Part shown: piece by piece, positions 41,242 through 52,699 of the stretch | Layout of the letters: each line of letters opens with the position of its first letter | Position numbering within the stretch: the stretch's first letter is position 1 | Notes under the pieces: generated by a model | Told to the model about the DNA's origin: nothing | Seen by the model: only the letters and a program-made list of their open reading frames with translations | Databases searched by the model: none | Assembly (NCBI GenBank): GCA_963719515.1 | Contig: CAVRCJ010000004.1 | Span: forward strand, 1 to 64,000 | Direction of reading: 5' to 3' | From: an uncultured cyanobacterium | GTDB taxonomy: Bacteria; Cyanobacteriota; Cyanobacteriia; CAKZMO01 | Length of the DNA stretch: 64,000 nucleotides | Program-made: the position numbers and the translations under genes

Positions 41242-42936
41242 ATGAGCCCACTGCTGCAGGTCGAAGCTATAGAAGTGACCTACCGCCAAACCGGTGACGG
41301 GGGCATTTCCGACATTCCCGACCGGGAGCACGACGCTTCCGCAGACCGCCGAGCCATAAAGCAGGTCTCCCTCACGCTTCGTAAAGGCGATCGCATTGGC
41401 CTTGTCGGCGAGTCGGGCTGCGGCAAATCCACCCTAGGCCGCGCCATTATGCGGCTTCTCCCTTCCTCCACACAGGTCTCTGGCAAAGTCCTTTTTAACG
41501 GCGAATCGGTCCTCGATTTCTCCCCTCAGCGGCTGCGTCAGTTTCGCGGTGAAGCGGTCGCCCTCATCTTTCAAGACCCCATGACCCGGCTCAATCCGCT
41601 GATGACCGTCGGGGAGCACTGCTTGGAGACCCTACGCGCCCACGAACCTAGACTCTCGGGCCGCGAGGCTAGCGATCGCGTCAAAGCCACTTTCGAGGCC
41701 GTGCGTATTCCCGCCGATCGCTGGGGCCAGTACCCCCACGAATTTAGCGGCGGTATGCGGCAGCGGGTGGCGATCGCCTTGGCTCTGTTGCTCAACCCCA
41801 AGCTAATTGTGGCCGACGAGCCCACCACTAGTCTTGACGTCACCATTGCCGCCGAAATTCTCGAAGAGCTTGTGCGGCTGTGTCAAGAGCGGGAAATGGC
41901 CCTAGTCCTAATTTCCCACGACCTTTCCCTAGTGGCAGAATACTGCGATCGCATCGCTGTGATGCTGGAGGGGGAAGTCGTGGAGACCGGCAACGCGCAG
42001 CGGGTGCTTCGCCAGCCCCAGCATCCCTACACGCGATCGCTGCGGAATGCCGCCGCTCGCCTGCAGTCCGACGCCGAGGTTCGGAGCGCTTCTCCCCAGA
42101 CAGGCCCCGCTGCGCCGCTGTTGGAGGTGGTCGATCTCGTCAAACACTACGCGCTCTCTCAGTCTTTGCTGTCTCGATTTGGCGGTCAGCGGCCTGCAAT
42201 CAAAGCGGTCGATGGGGTCAGCTTTACCCTCCGAAAGGGCGAAATTGTGGGGCTGGTGGGGGAGTCAGGCTGCGGGAAAAGCACGCTGCTGCGCGTCATT
42301 TTGCAGCTGATTCAGCCTACGGCGGGCCGGGTGCTTTTTCAGGGCCAGGAGTTGACGGCGCTGTCCCGCTCCGAGCTGCGGCCTTTGAGACGCCACCTGC
42401 AGATGATTTTTCAAGATCCCCACGCCTGCCTCAATCCGCTGATGACCGTTGGGCGGGCGATTGCTGAGCCGCTGTTGATCCATGGAATGGTGGCCGATAT
42501 GGCGACGGGAAAGGCGAATTCTGCAGAGGCGACTGTCTTACGAATGCTGGAAAGAGTGGGCTTGACGCCGGGCTCTGCCTTCTACGGCCGCTACCCCAAC
42601 GAGCTGTCCGGCGGGCAGCAGCAGCGGGTCGCCATTGCTAGAGCCCTGATCACCCAGCCCAAGCTGCTGATCTGCGATGAGCCGGTCAGCATGCTCGACG
42701 CCAGCATTCAAACTCAGATCCTAGAGCTGATGTTAGACCTGAAGCAGGAGTTCGACCTGACGTACCTTTTCATCACCCACGACCTTTGGGTCGCCCGGTT
42801 CTTCTGCGATCGCATCGCCGTTATGCAGGCGGGACAGATCGTGGAGACGGCGCTAGCAGAGCAGTTGTTCAATGCGCCGCAGCACCCCTATACTCAAAAG
42901 TTACTGGGATCTGCCCCAAAGCTTGCGCTTTGCTAA
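41242..42936 (+). CDS. peptide/nickel ABC transporter ATP-binding protein (duplicated NBD)
   Basis: two GESGCGKST motifs, FSGGMRQR and LSGGQQQR, PQHPYT. Confidence 0.93.
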   Translation: MSPLLQVEAIEVTYRQTGDGGISDIPDREHDASADRRAIKQVSLTLRKGDRIGLVGESGCGKSTLGRAIMRLLPSSTQVSGKVLFNGESVLDFSPQRLRQFRGEAVALIFQDPMTRLNPLMTVGEHCLETLRAHEPRLSGREASDRVKATFEAVRIPADRWGQYPHEFSGGMRQRVAIALALLLNPKLIVADEPTTSLDVTIAAEILEELVRLCQEREMALVLISHDLSLVAEYCDRIAVMLEGEVVETGNAQRVLRQPQHPYTRSLRNAAARLQSDAEVRSASPQTGPAAPLLEVVDLVKHYALSQSLLSRFGGQRPAIKAVDGVSFTLRKGEIVGLVGESGCGKSTLLRVILQLIQPTAGRVLFQGQELTALSRSELRPLRRHLQMIFQDPHACLNPLMTVGRAIAEPLLIHGMVADMATGKANSAEATVLRMLERVGLTPGSAFYGRYPNELSGGQQQRVAIARALITQPKLLICDEPVSMLDASIQTQILELMLDLKQEFDLTYLFITHDLWVARFFCDRIAVMQAGQIVETALAEQLFNAPQHPYTQKLLGSAPKLALC

Positions 42937-42969
42937 TTAAAACACCCCTTCACGCCCCATCACGCCACC

Positions 42970-43953
42970 ATGGCTACAACGGAACGCAAACCGATTCTGC
43001 TTGACTTCGAGAAGCCCCTTGTGGATCTAGAGAAGCGCATTCACCAAATTCGAGAGTTGGCCGACGAGAACAACGTCGATGTCTCAGAGGAAATTGATCA
43101 GCTTGAGACCCGCGCCGACCAGCTGCGCTACGAGATCTTCAGCAGCCTGACCCCGGCTCAGCGGCTGCAGGTGGCCCGCCACCCCCGCCGCCCCAGCACC
43201 CTAGACTATATCCAGGCCATCAGCGACGAATGGATAGAGCTGCACGGCGATCGCGCGACCGGCACAGATGACCCGGCGCTCGTGGGGGGCATTGCCCGCG
43301 TCGACGGTCGCCCCATCATGATGATGGGCCACCAGAAAGGCCGCGACACCAAAGACAATGTCGCCCGCAATTTTGGCATGGCCTCCCCCGGCGGCTACCG
43401 CAAAGCGATGCGGCTGATGAACCATGCGAACCACTTTGGCATGCCCATCTTCACCTTCATTGACACCCCCGGCGCTTGGGCGGGGCTGGAGGCGGAGCGC
43501 CTCGGTCAAGGGGAGGCTATTGCCTACAACCTCCGGGAAATGTTCCGGCTAGAAGTCCCCATCCTCTGCACCGTCATTGGTGAAGGGGGGTCCGGCGGGG
43601 CACTGGGCATCGGCGTGGGCGATCGCCTGCTGATGTTTGAGCATTCGGTCTACACGGTGGCTAGCCCTGAAGCCTGCGCCGCTATTTTGTGGAAAGACGC
43701 CGGGCGGGCAGGAGAGGCCGCTGAAGCGCTCAAAATTACCGCTGCAGACCTAGAGGAGCTTGGTATTCTCGACGAATGTCTACCCGAACCTACGGGAGGT
43801 GCCCACGCTGCTCCGATTCAGGCTGCAGAGACGCTTAAGCAAGCATTGGTCAAGAATCTAGCGGTTCTCGATCAGATGAATTCATCCCAGCGGCGGGAGG
43901 CACGCTACCAAAAGTTCCGTCAGATCGGGCGATTTGCGGAGATTCCAGACTAG
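42970..43953 (+). CDS. accA: acetyl-CoA carboxylase carboxyltransferase alpha
   Basis: [30 protein letters not shown]. Confidence 0.98.
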   Translation: MATTERKPILLDFEKPLVDLEKRIHQIRELADENNVDVSEEIDQLETRADQLRYEIFSSLTPAQRLQVARHPRRPSTLDYIQAISDEWIELHGDRATGTDDPALVGGIARVDGRPIMMMGHQKGRDTKDNVARNFGMASPGGYRKAMRLMNHANHFGMPIFTFIDTPGAWAGLEAERLGQGEAIAYNLREMFRLEVPILCTVIGEGGSGGALGIGVGDRLLMFEHSVYTVASPEACAAILWKDAGRAGEAAEALKITAADLEELGILDECLPEPTGGAHAAPIQAAETLKQALVKNLAVLDQMNSSQRREARYQKFRQIGRFAEIPD

Positions 43954-43969
43954 CGATCGCTGGCTGAAC

Positions 43970-43998
43970 TCAAAGCGGGTCACGCCGACCCGCTTTGA
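43970..43998 (+). terminator. perfect 12-bp hairpin after accA
   Basis: TCAAAGCGGGTC-N5-GACCCGCTTTGA; no long U tail. Confidence 0.5.
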
Positions 43999-44330
43999 CG
44001 CCCAGGCCCCCCCGCCGGGCCGCAGTATCCTGGCCAGAGCGATCGCGCACAGGCGCATTTTCTTTAGCACAAATGAGCCTCTGTGCGCTGTAGCCTTTGG
44101 CTAGAATAATAATGTTATGCTAGCCAAGGCAACAAATATTTATGTGTTGCTCATTTACCGAAGCTTAAGGCTCTGTAGGCTATGAACTAGGAGTTCCTTG
44201 TGGTTCAGGAGGTCGCTCTTGAATAATCTAGAACTGAGGTCGATTTTAGGTAGAGGTAAAAACACGGCTTTCTAGGTTGGCGACCTATCGCTCGAGCCAG
44301 TCCGAATTGTCTGAGGATTAACGAACTTAA

Positions 44331-45056
44331 ATGACGGGTTCAGTTCAACAATGTGCTCTGATTACAGGCGCGAGCAGCGGAATTGGCCGAGCCACGGCGA
44401 TCGCGCTGGCACAAGCAGGATTTGATTTGGCGCTAGTGAGCCGGTCAGAGGGAGCCTTAGCCGAAGTGGCGGCTGAAGCGCAGACCTACGGCGTCTCGGC
44501 TAAAGCGTTTCCCCTAGACTTGGCCAATCTGGGCCAGGTCAAATCTGGCATCGAAGCGGTGGTAGCCGACTGCGGAGCTATTCACGTGCTCGTCAACAAC
44601 GCCGGCATGGGCTACACCGGAGCGCTTCAGGATATGTCTCTTGAAGACTGGCAGCGGGTAATAGACCTCAACTTGACTAGCCCCTTCCTCTGCATGCAGG
44701 CCGTCGTGCCCCACATGAGCGATCGCCGCCAGGGCACCATCGTCAATATTGCCTCCATCGCTGGCTACCAGGCGTTTCCCGAGTGGGGTGCCTACGGCGT
44801 CAGCAAAGCCGGGCTGATCATGCTCTCCAAAGCATTGGCCGTCGAGTCACGGGATAGGGGAATTCGAGTGGTCACCCTATCGCCAGGGGCCGTAAATACT
44901 GGAATTTGGGACACCGAGACGGTCCAGTCAGATTTTGATCGCTCTCAAATGCTGACGCCCGACGTCGTGGCTCAAACGGTCGCCCAGACCGTCACGCTCC
45001 CTCACCAGGCTGTTGTTGAGGAAATCAAGATCATGCCGAGCGGTGGAGCGCTTTGA
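44331..45056 (+). CDS. SDR family oxidoreductase
   Basis: TGASSGIG, NNAG, YGVSK. Confidence 0.93.
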   Translation: MTGSVQQCALITGASSGIGRATAIALAQAGFDLALVSRSEGALAEVAAEAQTYGVSAKAFPLDLANLGQVKSGIEAVVADCGAIHVLVNNAGMGYTGALQDMSLEDWQRVIDLNLTSPFLCMQAVVPHMSDRRQGTIVNIASIAGYQAFPEWGAYGVSKAGLIMLSKALAVESRDRGIRVVTLSPGAVNTGIWDTETVQSDFDRSQMLTPDVVAQTVAQTVTLPHQAVVEEIKIMPSGGAL

Positions 45057-45179
45057 GCTAGCCGCCCTAGTCTTCACGGCTGTGACTGCTTCACCTCCCT
45101 AGTCACTCCTTACAGCTGTAGCCTAAAGCGTTCAATGCTGTGCGCTGTTGACTTTTTCCAACGTAACTTACGACTTGCT

Positions 45180-45893
45180 ATGACTACTTCATTTGACAAC
45201 GTCAACGAGACGGGCCGGAACGGAATTACGTCTGCCGCTGACGCTAGCCTGCCGCTGACGCCTCGTCCCGATCGCAACACCAGCAAAGGGCAAAAAATTA
45301 CGATAAAGCCACCGGTAGACAGTACTCAAGAAGAGATGATGGCAGCGGTGCGATCGCTGCTGGTAGGGATTGGGGAGAATCCAGAGCGCGAAGGGCTCTT
45401 GAAAACCCCTAAGCGGGTGGCAGAGGCGATGCGGTTTCTCACCAGCGGCTACACCCAGTCCTTAGAAGAGCTGGTCAACGATGCTATCTTTGACGAAGGC
45501 CACAATGAAATGGTGCTGGTGCGCGACATCACCGCCTTTAGCCTTTGCGAGCACCACATGCTGCCGTTTATGGGTAAGGTTCACGTCGCCTACATCCCCA
45601 ACCAGCGCGTAGTAGGGCTGAGCAAGCTGGCCCGCATCGTTGAGATGTACGCCCGTCGGCTACAGGTTCAAGAGCGCCTGACCCGCCAAATTGCAGAAGC
45701 CGTACAGGAGATTTTGGACCCCCAGGGCGTGGCGGTAGTGATGGAGGCTACCCACATGTGTATGGTGATGCGCGGTGTGCAGAAGCCCGGATCTTGGACA
45801 GTGACCAGCGCCATGGTAGGCGTCTTCCAGGACGACCAAAAGACGCGGGAAGAGTTTCTGAGTCTTGTTAGACACCAGCCCTCATTTATTTAA
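45180..45893 (+). CDS. folE: GTP cyclohydrolase I
   Basis: [41 protein letters not shown]. Confidence 0.98.
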   Translation: MTTSFDNVNETGRNGITSAADASLPLTPRPDRNTSKGQKITIKPPVDSTQEEMMAAVRSLLVGIGENPEREGLLKTPKRVAEAMRFLTSGYTQSLEELVNDAIFDEGHNEMVLVRDITAFSLCEHHMLPFMGKVHVAYIPNQRVVGLSKLARIVEMYARRLQVQERLTRQIAEAVQEILDPQGVAVVMEATHMCMVMRGVQKPGSWTVTSAMVGVFQDDQKTREEFLSLVRHQPSFI

Positions 45894-46461
45894 CGTCGTC
45901 AGGTTGAGGGGCGTTTGGGGAGTAGCGCTAGGCGCGGCCAGTTTGGGTCTGCTAGCGCAGACGGCGATCGCCCAAGAGCGTCCGCTGACTCTCAATGCTG
46001 CGACCTATCCATTAGAGCTAGACCTACTGCCTCCAGACGCTGACCTGTCTGGGCGGAGCGTGGTCACTCGCTACACGGTGCAGGACTCCCAGCTCACGCT
46101 GCCCAGCTTGTGGTGGGCTGAGCAGCAGCATGGCGGTAAGCTTCTAGAAAACTGGATTGCCTACAGGGGTGAGGGCGAGAGCCCCCAGCGGGTCGATCTT
46201 GTCGTCAATCGCCAGCTGTGGAATCTCTACTCTTACGTGGAACGCTATCAGTTTGTCCATCAAATGGGCCTCTCGGTGCTGCAGTTTGGCTACAATACCC
46301 GCGTTTTCAATGAGCAAGGTGTCATATTAGGCGCTTACCTTTGTGATGCGCCTCAAGCTGCCCTGATGGCCGCTGGGACGCAGGCCGTAGCGCAGCTTGA
46401 CTGCCAAATCTACCTCGATTCTCCGGGCATTGAGGTACCCCGGGGGCCATTTCGCTTCTAG
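45865..46461 (+). CDS. conserved hypothetical exported protein
   Basis: signal-like N-terminus, [19 protein letters not shown]; start uncertain. Confidence 0.7.
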   Translation: MLDTSPHLFNVVRLRGVWGVALGAASLGLLAQTAIAQERPLTLNAATYPLELDLLPPDADLSGRSVVTRYTVQDSQLTLPSLWWAEQQHGGKLLENWIAYRGEGESPQRVDLVVNRQLWNLYSYVERYQFVHQMGLSVLQFGYNTRVFNEQGVILGAYLCDAPQAALMAAGTQAVAQLDCQIYLDSPGIEVPRGPFRF

Positions 46462-46506
46462 GTCGCCGTCAAGATCGCATCTCGGGGTCAGCCTTCTCCG
46501 CGAAGG

Positions 46507-47793
46507 TTAGGCCGTCGTATCAAAACGATCCGCTCTCACAGAACGGCGCGTCTCAGACCACAGGCGATCGTAGGCCTCAGAAGCCTCCGGCGAGAGCGGT
46601 AAGATAGCGCTGCTCTGAGCCATAACCTGCGGGTCAGGCAAAATCGCGCTCTGAGCGCTGAGCGCGGGGGGAAGCGACGCGCGGGCCTGGTCAATTAAAA
46701 CCGGAGAGACGCCTGCCCCCAGCAGCGAGAGGCGAAGGGCGATGTCCTGCTGCCAAAAAAAGCTGATCCACTGCTCCGCCGGAGCCGGTAGAGCGGCTTG
46801 CGCGCCAGAAGCAGCCACGGGCTGAACCCAAAGGTCAGTGGTGGTAAAAGTGCCTGAAGCGGGGACTGCCACCGCAAGCCGCTGGTTACGCCGCACGAGG
46901 GGGAGGATATCCGTCGACCAGCCCACCGCCACCCAGACGTCCCCTAAGATCAGCGGCTGCAGATAGTCCGTGGAGCTATAGAGTTTGACGCTGCGGTGGA
47001 GCGCCAGCAGCTTTTCTGGCAGCGCCGCTACGCTCGCCAGATCAGGTTCGTTGGGATCGCGGCCTAGCGCTTTTAGCACCGCGCCAACGACAACGCGGGC
47101 GCTATCCAGCATGGAGATTTTACCGGCGAGCTCGGGCCGCCACAGGTCTTGCCAATCCGCAGGCGGGCCGCCGTGGGCGTCTAGCTCGGCCCGCCGATAG
47201 ACCATGACCAAGGTTCCGGTGCGGTAGGGTGCGCCCCACAGCTCGCCGCCGCTGTCGGGCTCGCCCGCCGCGCTGCGGGTCACGAGCTGCTGCCAGGGAC
47301 GAGGGACCGAAGACCAGCCTGACAGCTGAGTGAGGGGCAGCGGGCGGATGAGATTTTGTCTGATGGCGGCGGTCAGCCAGTAGTCTCCCAAGGAGACGAG
47401 GGTCGTGCTGCCGGGTGCTCCCCCCAGGTCGGGGCGCTGGTTGCCCTGGTCTTGAGGGGCCGTCTCGTCTTCAGAAGCCTCTTCGGTGTAACCTGACAAT
47501 TCCCTCAGCGCCGTAAACAGCTGGGATAACCCCGGTCGGGTTTTGAGCTGTACGGCCTGGGACTGCCCTCGCTGAAAGTCCTTGAGGAGGGTGGGCGGTA
47601 CGGCACCCTCAAGGAGATAAACGGTGAGAGCATAGCTCCCCCCTGAACGACAGCCCCCTAACGCCGCCAGAGCCATCAGGCTGATGAGGAGCGATCGCCT
47701 GTGGAGAGATGAGGTACCGGGTATGGTACCTGCTGCGCTCTCGACCGGTGAATCAATTTTGGTATGCATTGTTGTTTTAGCCGGCGACGCCAT
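46507..47793 (-). CDS. extracellular solute-binding lipoprotein (PotD/PotF-like)
   Basis: LGGC lipobox, WGAPYR, DWQDLWRPEL, AVGWS. Confidence 0.85.
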   Translation of the reverse strand: MASPAKTTMHTKIDSPVESAAGTIPGTSSLHRRSLLISLMALAALGGCRSGGSYALTVYLLEGAVPPTLLKDFQRGQSQAVQLKTRPGLSQLFTALRELSGYTEEASEDETAPQDQGNQRPDLGGAPGSTTLVSLGDYWLTAAIRQNLIRPLPLTQLSGWSSVPRPWQQLVTRSAAGEPDSGGELWGAPYRTGTLVMVYRRAELDAHGGPPADWQDLWRPELAGKISMLDSARVVVGAVLKALGRDPNEPDLASVAALPEKLLALHRSVKLYSSTDYLQPLILGDVWVAVGWSTDILPLVRRNQRLAVAVPASGTFTTTDLWVQPVAASGAQAALPAPAEQWISFFWQQDIALRLSLLGAGVSPVLIDQARASLPPALSAQSAILPDPQVMAQSSAILPLSPEASEAYDRLWSETRRSVRADRFDTTA

Positions 47794-47798
47794 AACGC

Positions 47799-48533
47799 CT
47801 ATGACTGCGCCCAGGTTGTGGTTTTAGAGGGGTCGAGTTGACCCTCTTCAGTTTTGTGCTCTACCCCAAAGCCGATCAAATCGATGACGCTAGGGGGCTG
47901 ACCATCTTCGGGACGCTGATAGGTCACAATGGTGCGCAGCCTTAGCGTAGGCGTGACAAATCGCATCTGGTCCACCGCGACAGAACGCGCGTAGTAGGTC
48001 GTCATTTCTAGGGTTTGTCGCGTGGGCTGATAGGTAAACCAGCCTGCGATCGCGCTGGCCTCGTAGTACCCGCGGTCGCGCAGATAAACGCCTTGAACCA
48101 GACCGTCATAGACGTCGACTTGGGAGGCTAAAGGCAGCGGCACCACAGCTCCCCCCGATGCGGTGGAAAAGTAGGCCTCCGGAACGAAGAGCGCGTTGAG
48201 AGACATAGCCACTACTTCGCCCTTCTCTGATTTTGTGTCGAAGGAAATTGCAAACCCTGGACAGGGCATATCGGCGGAATCGCTGTCTACCGCGACGATT
48301 GACGCGAGAAACTTCGGAGAAAACGAGACTTCACCAGGAACATTCTCTTGAGCCGGGAGCCCAGAGAGCATCTTTTGCTTGTCCACTGACGTTAGGGCAT
48401 CTACCTGAAATTTGGTGTGCGATCGCTCTATGTCTGTTTCTGACAGCGAGTGATAGATCCGTTCGGTGCTCCAAGATCCAACACAGTCGGAGAAAAATTG
48501 CTCAAAACTTAGCATCGGCGACGTTGTTTGCAT
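47799..48533 (-). CDS. phycobiliprotein lyase, CpcS/CpeS family
   Basis: FFSDCVGSWSTER, YLRDRGY, LRLRT. Confidence 0.8.
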   Translation of the reverse strand: MQTTSPMLSFEQFFSDCVGSWSTERIYHSLSETDIERSHTKFQVDALTSVDKQKMLSGLPAQENVPGEVSFSPKFLASIVAVDSDSADMPCPGFAISFDTKSEKGEVVAMSLNALFVPEAYFSTASGGAVVPLPLASQVDVYDGLVQGVYLRDRGYYEASAIAGWFTYQPTRQTLEMTTYYARSVAVDQMRFVTPTLRLRTIVTYQRPEDGQPPSVIDLIGFGVEHKTEEGQLDPSKTTTWAQS

Positions 48534-49033
48534 TGCGTTCAATGGACTAGCCCACGGGCCCGCCAACGGGCTCAGCCCCATCGACTATTCGATTCTAATC
48601 GGTGAGCAGCGCTCGTGGTTTCTCACCTGTGGTACAGATAAGGCATGCCGCCCAAAATCCCGGTGGTGCAGCAAGGGTTCATAAAGTCTGAAGTACAGGG
48701 TACAACCGATGTGACAGAAGCCGTCAATTCTGATAGCGGCGTTGCCGCGAGTCCCCCGGAAAATCTATATTGACTCGTAGACAGACTCAACTGCGTTTCT
48801 GCTCAATCTCGCTTCACTTAGGTCTGGTCTCTTGAGCTGCCGCTGCGGGTTTCGCTGTTGAAGAGGGCGGATTTCACAAAATGCAATTAAACGGCGGACG
48901 AAGTATTAAATTAATTGGAATACTTAAATCATTTGGGAATAGCCGTCGGCTTGAAAAAAACCTGTCTAATATGGTATCTGAAGCAAGATTTTATTGTTCC
49001 AAACGTTGAAGGCGTCAACGTACGACTAAATTA

Positions 49034-49414
49034 ATGCAAAAGCAAATAGACAGTCTGAATATCAAAATTGACGCACTCCAGGGAGCAGTCGAGCAACTCA
49101 ATACTCGAGTTTCCGACTCGTTGATGGAGCTCAAGCTTCAAATGACGTCCCAGACCTCCCCTCAAGCGTCAATAGTCGTTCCTCTGCCGGAAGAGGCTTT
49201 ACACCGTCAGCCGGCCTACACGCAAAGCCCAATCCGCCAATACCATAAAGACATTTTGGCTGATGAGGCCTACGGAGATATCGACTCTAGCTGCGGCGAG
49301 AACTCACTGTCTCCTGAAGTTCAGACCCAGCGCTTGACGGCCCAGCTAACGGCGGCCTATAACCGGATAGCTGCCCTTGAAGAGCAGCTATTGGACTGCC
49401 GAATCAATAACTAA
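49034..49414 (+). CDS. conserved cyanobacterial coiled-coil protein
   Basis: QRLTAQLTAAYNRIAALEEQLL C-terminus. Confidence 0.8.
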   Translation: MQKQIDSLNIKIDALQGAVEQLNTRVSDSLMELKLQMTSQTSPQASIVVPLPEEALHRQPAYTQSPIRQYHKDILADEAYGDIDSSCGENSLSPEVQTQRLTAQLTAAYNRIAALEEQLLDCRINN

Positions 49415-49622
49415 GAGCGCAGGCTGAGCTCTCCGTAAACCTCGTCAAAGTAAATTCGGCTTCTACGCAAAGGATAAGCCGCTAGGCCAGTCTAGAAATC
49501 TGATACAGCGCAGTCTAATTCAGCGCGATCAGAGGGGAGGACGCCACCCTTGCAAATGACGCAGAGAGGTCCACTTTTCGAGAAGAGCAGAGCCCTACAT
49601 CCCCCAGAATCGGAAGCGAGAC

Positions 49623-50759
49623 TCAGGGTGAGGGCTCAAAAGTGACATGCTCGCGATCAGATTTGGCCCCTAGCGACTTCATCAGCGCCTCGACTGCGAC
49701 GACTAAGTCGCGCTGTCCCCAGCCCTGATAGAGAGAAGAGGCGATCGCGCATCCTCCAGCGGCAACCCCTTCTTTGACATACCCGGCTTCGTAGGCCCTG
49801 AGCTGCGAATAGCGAGAGTGGGCAAAGCTCAATTCCGAGGTGAGCAGGGGGACATTGACTGCAGCGGCGAGCCCTAAGGTATCTCCGGTGGGATCATCGG
49901 TGACCCAGCGCGTCGTGCCCACGACCACCTGCTCAGGGTTCCAGGCCAGCTGGTCGGCGCGAGCGATCGCCCCCATCAGGTGATATACCGCCAGCATTTG
50001 CGTTCCCCCTGCCAGCAGGACGCCCGTAGTTTGGCTAGCGGCGAGGGCCAAACCGGCAACGGCACCCTGCATTGGGTCTCCTAACCCCGCCCAGAGTTTT
50101 AGCGGCTCTAAGATAGACGGCTGGAAGCGCTGGCGCAGCTGCTGCAGACCGGCCTCCACGAGCTGCTGCTTTTGCCGGTGGTTGCAGCTTGGATGGCTGC
50201 TGTTGACCTTGCCGTGAGCGGCGACGCCCAGGGCGCTCAGCACGGCCAGGGCTGTCGTTGTGCCCCCCACAACGCACTCACCAACGACCAGATACCCCGG
50301 CGCTGCCGCTGCCGCTAGCTCATGGCCGAGACGGAGTCCCTGCTCAAACAGGTGTCGCGCAGCGGGCATCGAGAGGGCTGCTCCACTGCTGAGGCAGCGG
50401 GCAGGGCGGCCCTGAAGATTGCGGTGGGGGACCGGGGGCGGCTGGGGTAGCCCAGCGTTGACGATTTGAAGAGGCAGCTGCTGCCCTATGATTACTGCGC
50501 GCGAGATCAGCGCCGGAGAAGCACCGGCCTGCAGCGGTGGCAGCGCGTTCTGGGTGCGATCGCGCGGCCCATAGTACAAAAACTCAGCGTCGGCGATCGC
50601 CGTTGTGAGGCGATCGGCTGGGGTTGCACCGGCAGCCGATATTCCGGGAATAAGTCCCGTTTCCGTGAAGCCGAGGACGCAGACGCAGGTGGGTCGCCGC
50701 CCCCGAAACCGCGCCAGCCAGGGAACGGCAATATCGGGCCGGAGTGAGACGCGGATCAT
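49623..50759 (-). CDS. cobT: nicotinate-mononucleotide-dependent phosphoribosyltransferase
   Basis: PGISAAG, GECVVGGTTTA, LAGGTQM, YEAGYVKEG. Confidence 0.9.
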   Translation of the reverse strand: MIRVSLRPDIAVPWLARFRGRRPTCVCVLGFTETGLIPGISAAGATPADRLTTAIADAEFLYYGPRDRTQNALPPLQAGASPALISRAVIIGQQLPLQIVNAGLPQPPPVPHRNLQGRPARCLSSGAALSMPAARHLFEQGLRLGHELAAAAAPGYLVVGECVVGGTTTALAVLSALGVAAHGKVNSSHPSCNHRQKQQLVEAGLQQLRQRFQPSILEPLKLWAGLGDPMQGAVAGLALAASQTTGVLLAGGTQMLAVYHLMGAIARADQLAWNPEQVVVGTTRWVTDDPTGDTLGLAAAVNVPLLTSELSFAHSRYSQLRAYEAGYVKEGVAAGGCAIASSLYQGWGQRDLVVAVEALMKSLGAKSDREHVTFEPSP

Positions 50760-50778
50760 AAGGCTTGGCCCACGGCAG

Positions 50779-51669
50779 CTAAGAGGATCTCGGTTCGTCT
50801 AGCAGCACCCGTACCCAGTTGGGAGGCGAGGGAATCGGGTTGCCCAGACGCTCTAGCAGCAGCCAGGCGGCCAAATGAATCGTGAATAAATAGACGATAT
50901 CGCTGCAAAGAATCATCGCCACGGTAGCGATCTGGACGGCGTTGACGTTAACCTGCCCCAACGCCCCGACACCGAGCACGCCCCAATTTACCGCCATTGA
51001 CAACAGCCAATCCAAGAGACTGGTAATGCGCCCCGTCAGGTAAACCCATAGGTCTTCCCCCAAAAATAGGGAAATTAGCCAAATGCGAAAGAAAAAGCTG
51101 ATGGTGGCGACAAGGCTACCCGAGGCAATGGACCAGACCCAGGAAGACTTACGAGCCCACATCGCCCCCAGCTGCACTCCCAGCAGGCCGTAGGGAATGA
51201 AGAACATAATGCTCAGGTAGGGACCCATCAAAATTGCTAACAGCAGCCCCGAGACAACAGCCGTCATCCAGGAGGCCCGCGACCCCCACCGTAGATAGGT
51301 CAGCGCAATGGGAATGGGAAAGACAATTCTCATCCAGGGACCCACGCTGAGGTAATAGCTTACGAGCCAGAGCAAGCTAGCGGCGCTGGCGAGAAAAGCG
51401 GTTTCCACGAGCGCCAGCGGGCTAGTGCCAACAGAGGCGCTGCCTTCAATGCCGGCCGGGGTAGATTGATGAGCCGTCGGTCGAGGCTGAGGATTGTCTA
51501 AAGAGAGCGCCTCGTCAACGCCCGACCAGTCCGTGAGGCTGCCGTTGTTTGAGGCACCGTTTAAAGCACCATCTGGAGCACTGTTGTCTGAACTGCCGCT
51601 GCCCGAACTGCCGTTATCTGCGCTGCCGTCGTTGGGCCCGGCAGGATCCTGATTCCAGGAATGACTCAT
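50779..51669 (-). CDS. DUF2232 membrane protein
   Basis: LVETAFLAS, PIALTYLRWG, LERLGNPIP. Confidence 0.88.
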   Translation of the reverse strand: MSHSWNQDPAGPNDGSADNGSSGSGSSDNSAPDGALNGASNNGSLTDWSGVDEALSLDNPQPRPTAHQSTPAGIEGSASVGTSPLALVETAFLASAASLLWLVSYYLSVGPWMRIVFPIPIALTYLRWGSRASWMTAVVSGLLLAILMGPYLSIMFFIPYGLLGVQLGAMWARKSSWVWSIASGSLVATISFFFRIWLISLFLGEDLWVYLTGRITSLLDWLLSMAVNWGVLGVGALGQVNVNAVQIATVAMILCSDIVYLFTIHLAAWLLLERLGNPIPSPPNWVRVLLDEPRSS

Positions 51670-52088
51670 GGAGTATATTAGCCGCCTTGTGATCGCCTCA
51701 GCTTAGCCCCTGATTCGAGTCGCCACGGGCATACGCTCAATCTCGTGGGTGCTGCAGTTCATCCAATGTATCGTTTTTTTGACGAGGCTGAACTGTCAGA
51801 GGCTCTAAAACCAGGACTTTTGAGTTTGAGCTGCCATTGCCGCGGGCTCGCCTACGGTCAGTCACACCCGCAAACGACGCTCGTCTGCGGGTTTTGTTCC
51901 TATAGCGGGGCAGCGCTGCGGCGCTGCCCAGATTGGACATTAGGGATCTAGAGCGTTCAGTTTCGCCCGCTGCTGATACAGTCGCTGCTGATACATTTGG
52001 GTGCTCAAACACCATCAGTTAATGGGAGAATGGTCCCATTGCCTATTTAGAAATAGTTGACGGTACTAGGCGTACTTAGGGGGAGACC

Positions 52089-52625
52089 ATGCTCAAGCGA
52101 ATTGCGGCGATCGCAGTCATAATCTTAGCTATCGGCCTGCAGAGTTGTCTGGCGGGGACGGTTGGCTTCAACAAATACGTAGATTCCAACGATGGATTTC
52201 GCTTTCTCTACCCCAACGGATGGGTAGAGGTCAGCGTCCCCGACGGCCCCGACGTAGTGCTGCACGACATCGTTGAGCCCAGCGAAAATGTGAGCGTGAT
52301 TGTCAACGAGGTGCCCGATGGGAAGACCCTGCGGGATTTAGGATCGCCCTCTGAGATTGGCCGGAAGATGGCCCAGCGGGGACTGACTGCCGACAATGAG
52401 AGAGCCGCTGAGCTGGTTACCGCAGGCTCCAGGCAAACTGAGGATGGGGAATATTACCTGCTGGAGTACGAGGTGAGTTTGCCCGACGGCATTCGCCACA
52501 ACCTTGCCAGCGTGGTGATTCGCCGGGGTCAGCTCTTTACTCTGAGCGCCTCAACCACCGACGGTCGCTGGAAGACGATGGAGGACCGACTTCGCAAGAC
52601 GGTCAGCTCCTTCTCGGTGTATTGA
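52089..52625 (+). CDS. psbP: photosystem II CyanoP lipoprotein
   Basis: LQSC lipobox, FLYPNGW, ENVSV, YYLLEY, SFSVY. Confidence 0.92.
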   Translation: MLKRIAAIAVIILAIGLQSCLAGTVGFNKYVDSNDGFRFLYPNGWVEVSVPDGPDVVLHDIVEPSENVSVIVNEVPDGKTLRDLGSPSEIGRKMAQRGLTADNERAAELVTAGSRQTEDGEYYLLEYEVSLPDGIRHNLASVVIRRGQLFTLSASTTDGRWKTMEDRLRKTVSSFSVY

Positions 52626-52699
52626 TTGGGAATTAAGGACGTGGCGATGCCCGATCTCCTCGGCCTGACCCTGGGTTGGTTCATGGATACCTATGGAGC

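Noticed and set aside
44129..44150. GCAACA-N10-TGTTGC inverted repeat upstream of the SDR
   Set aside because: Only 6-bp arms; it cannot be assigned to a regulator from sequence alone.
51737..52015. 92-aa ORF and GC hairpin upstream of the DUF2232/cobT genes, considered as a gene or cobalamin riboswitch
   Set aside because: No recognisable protein motif and no B12-box consensus seen.
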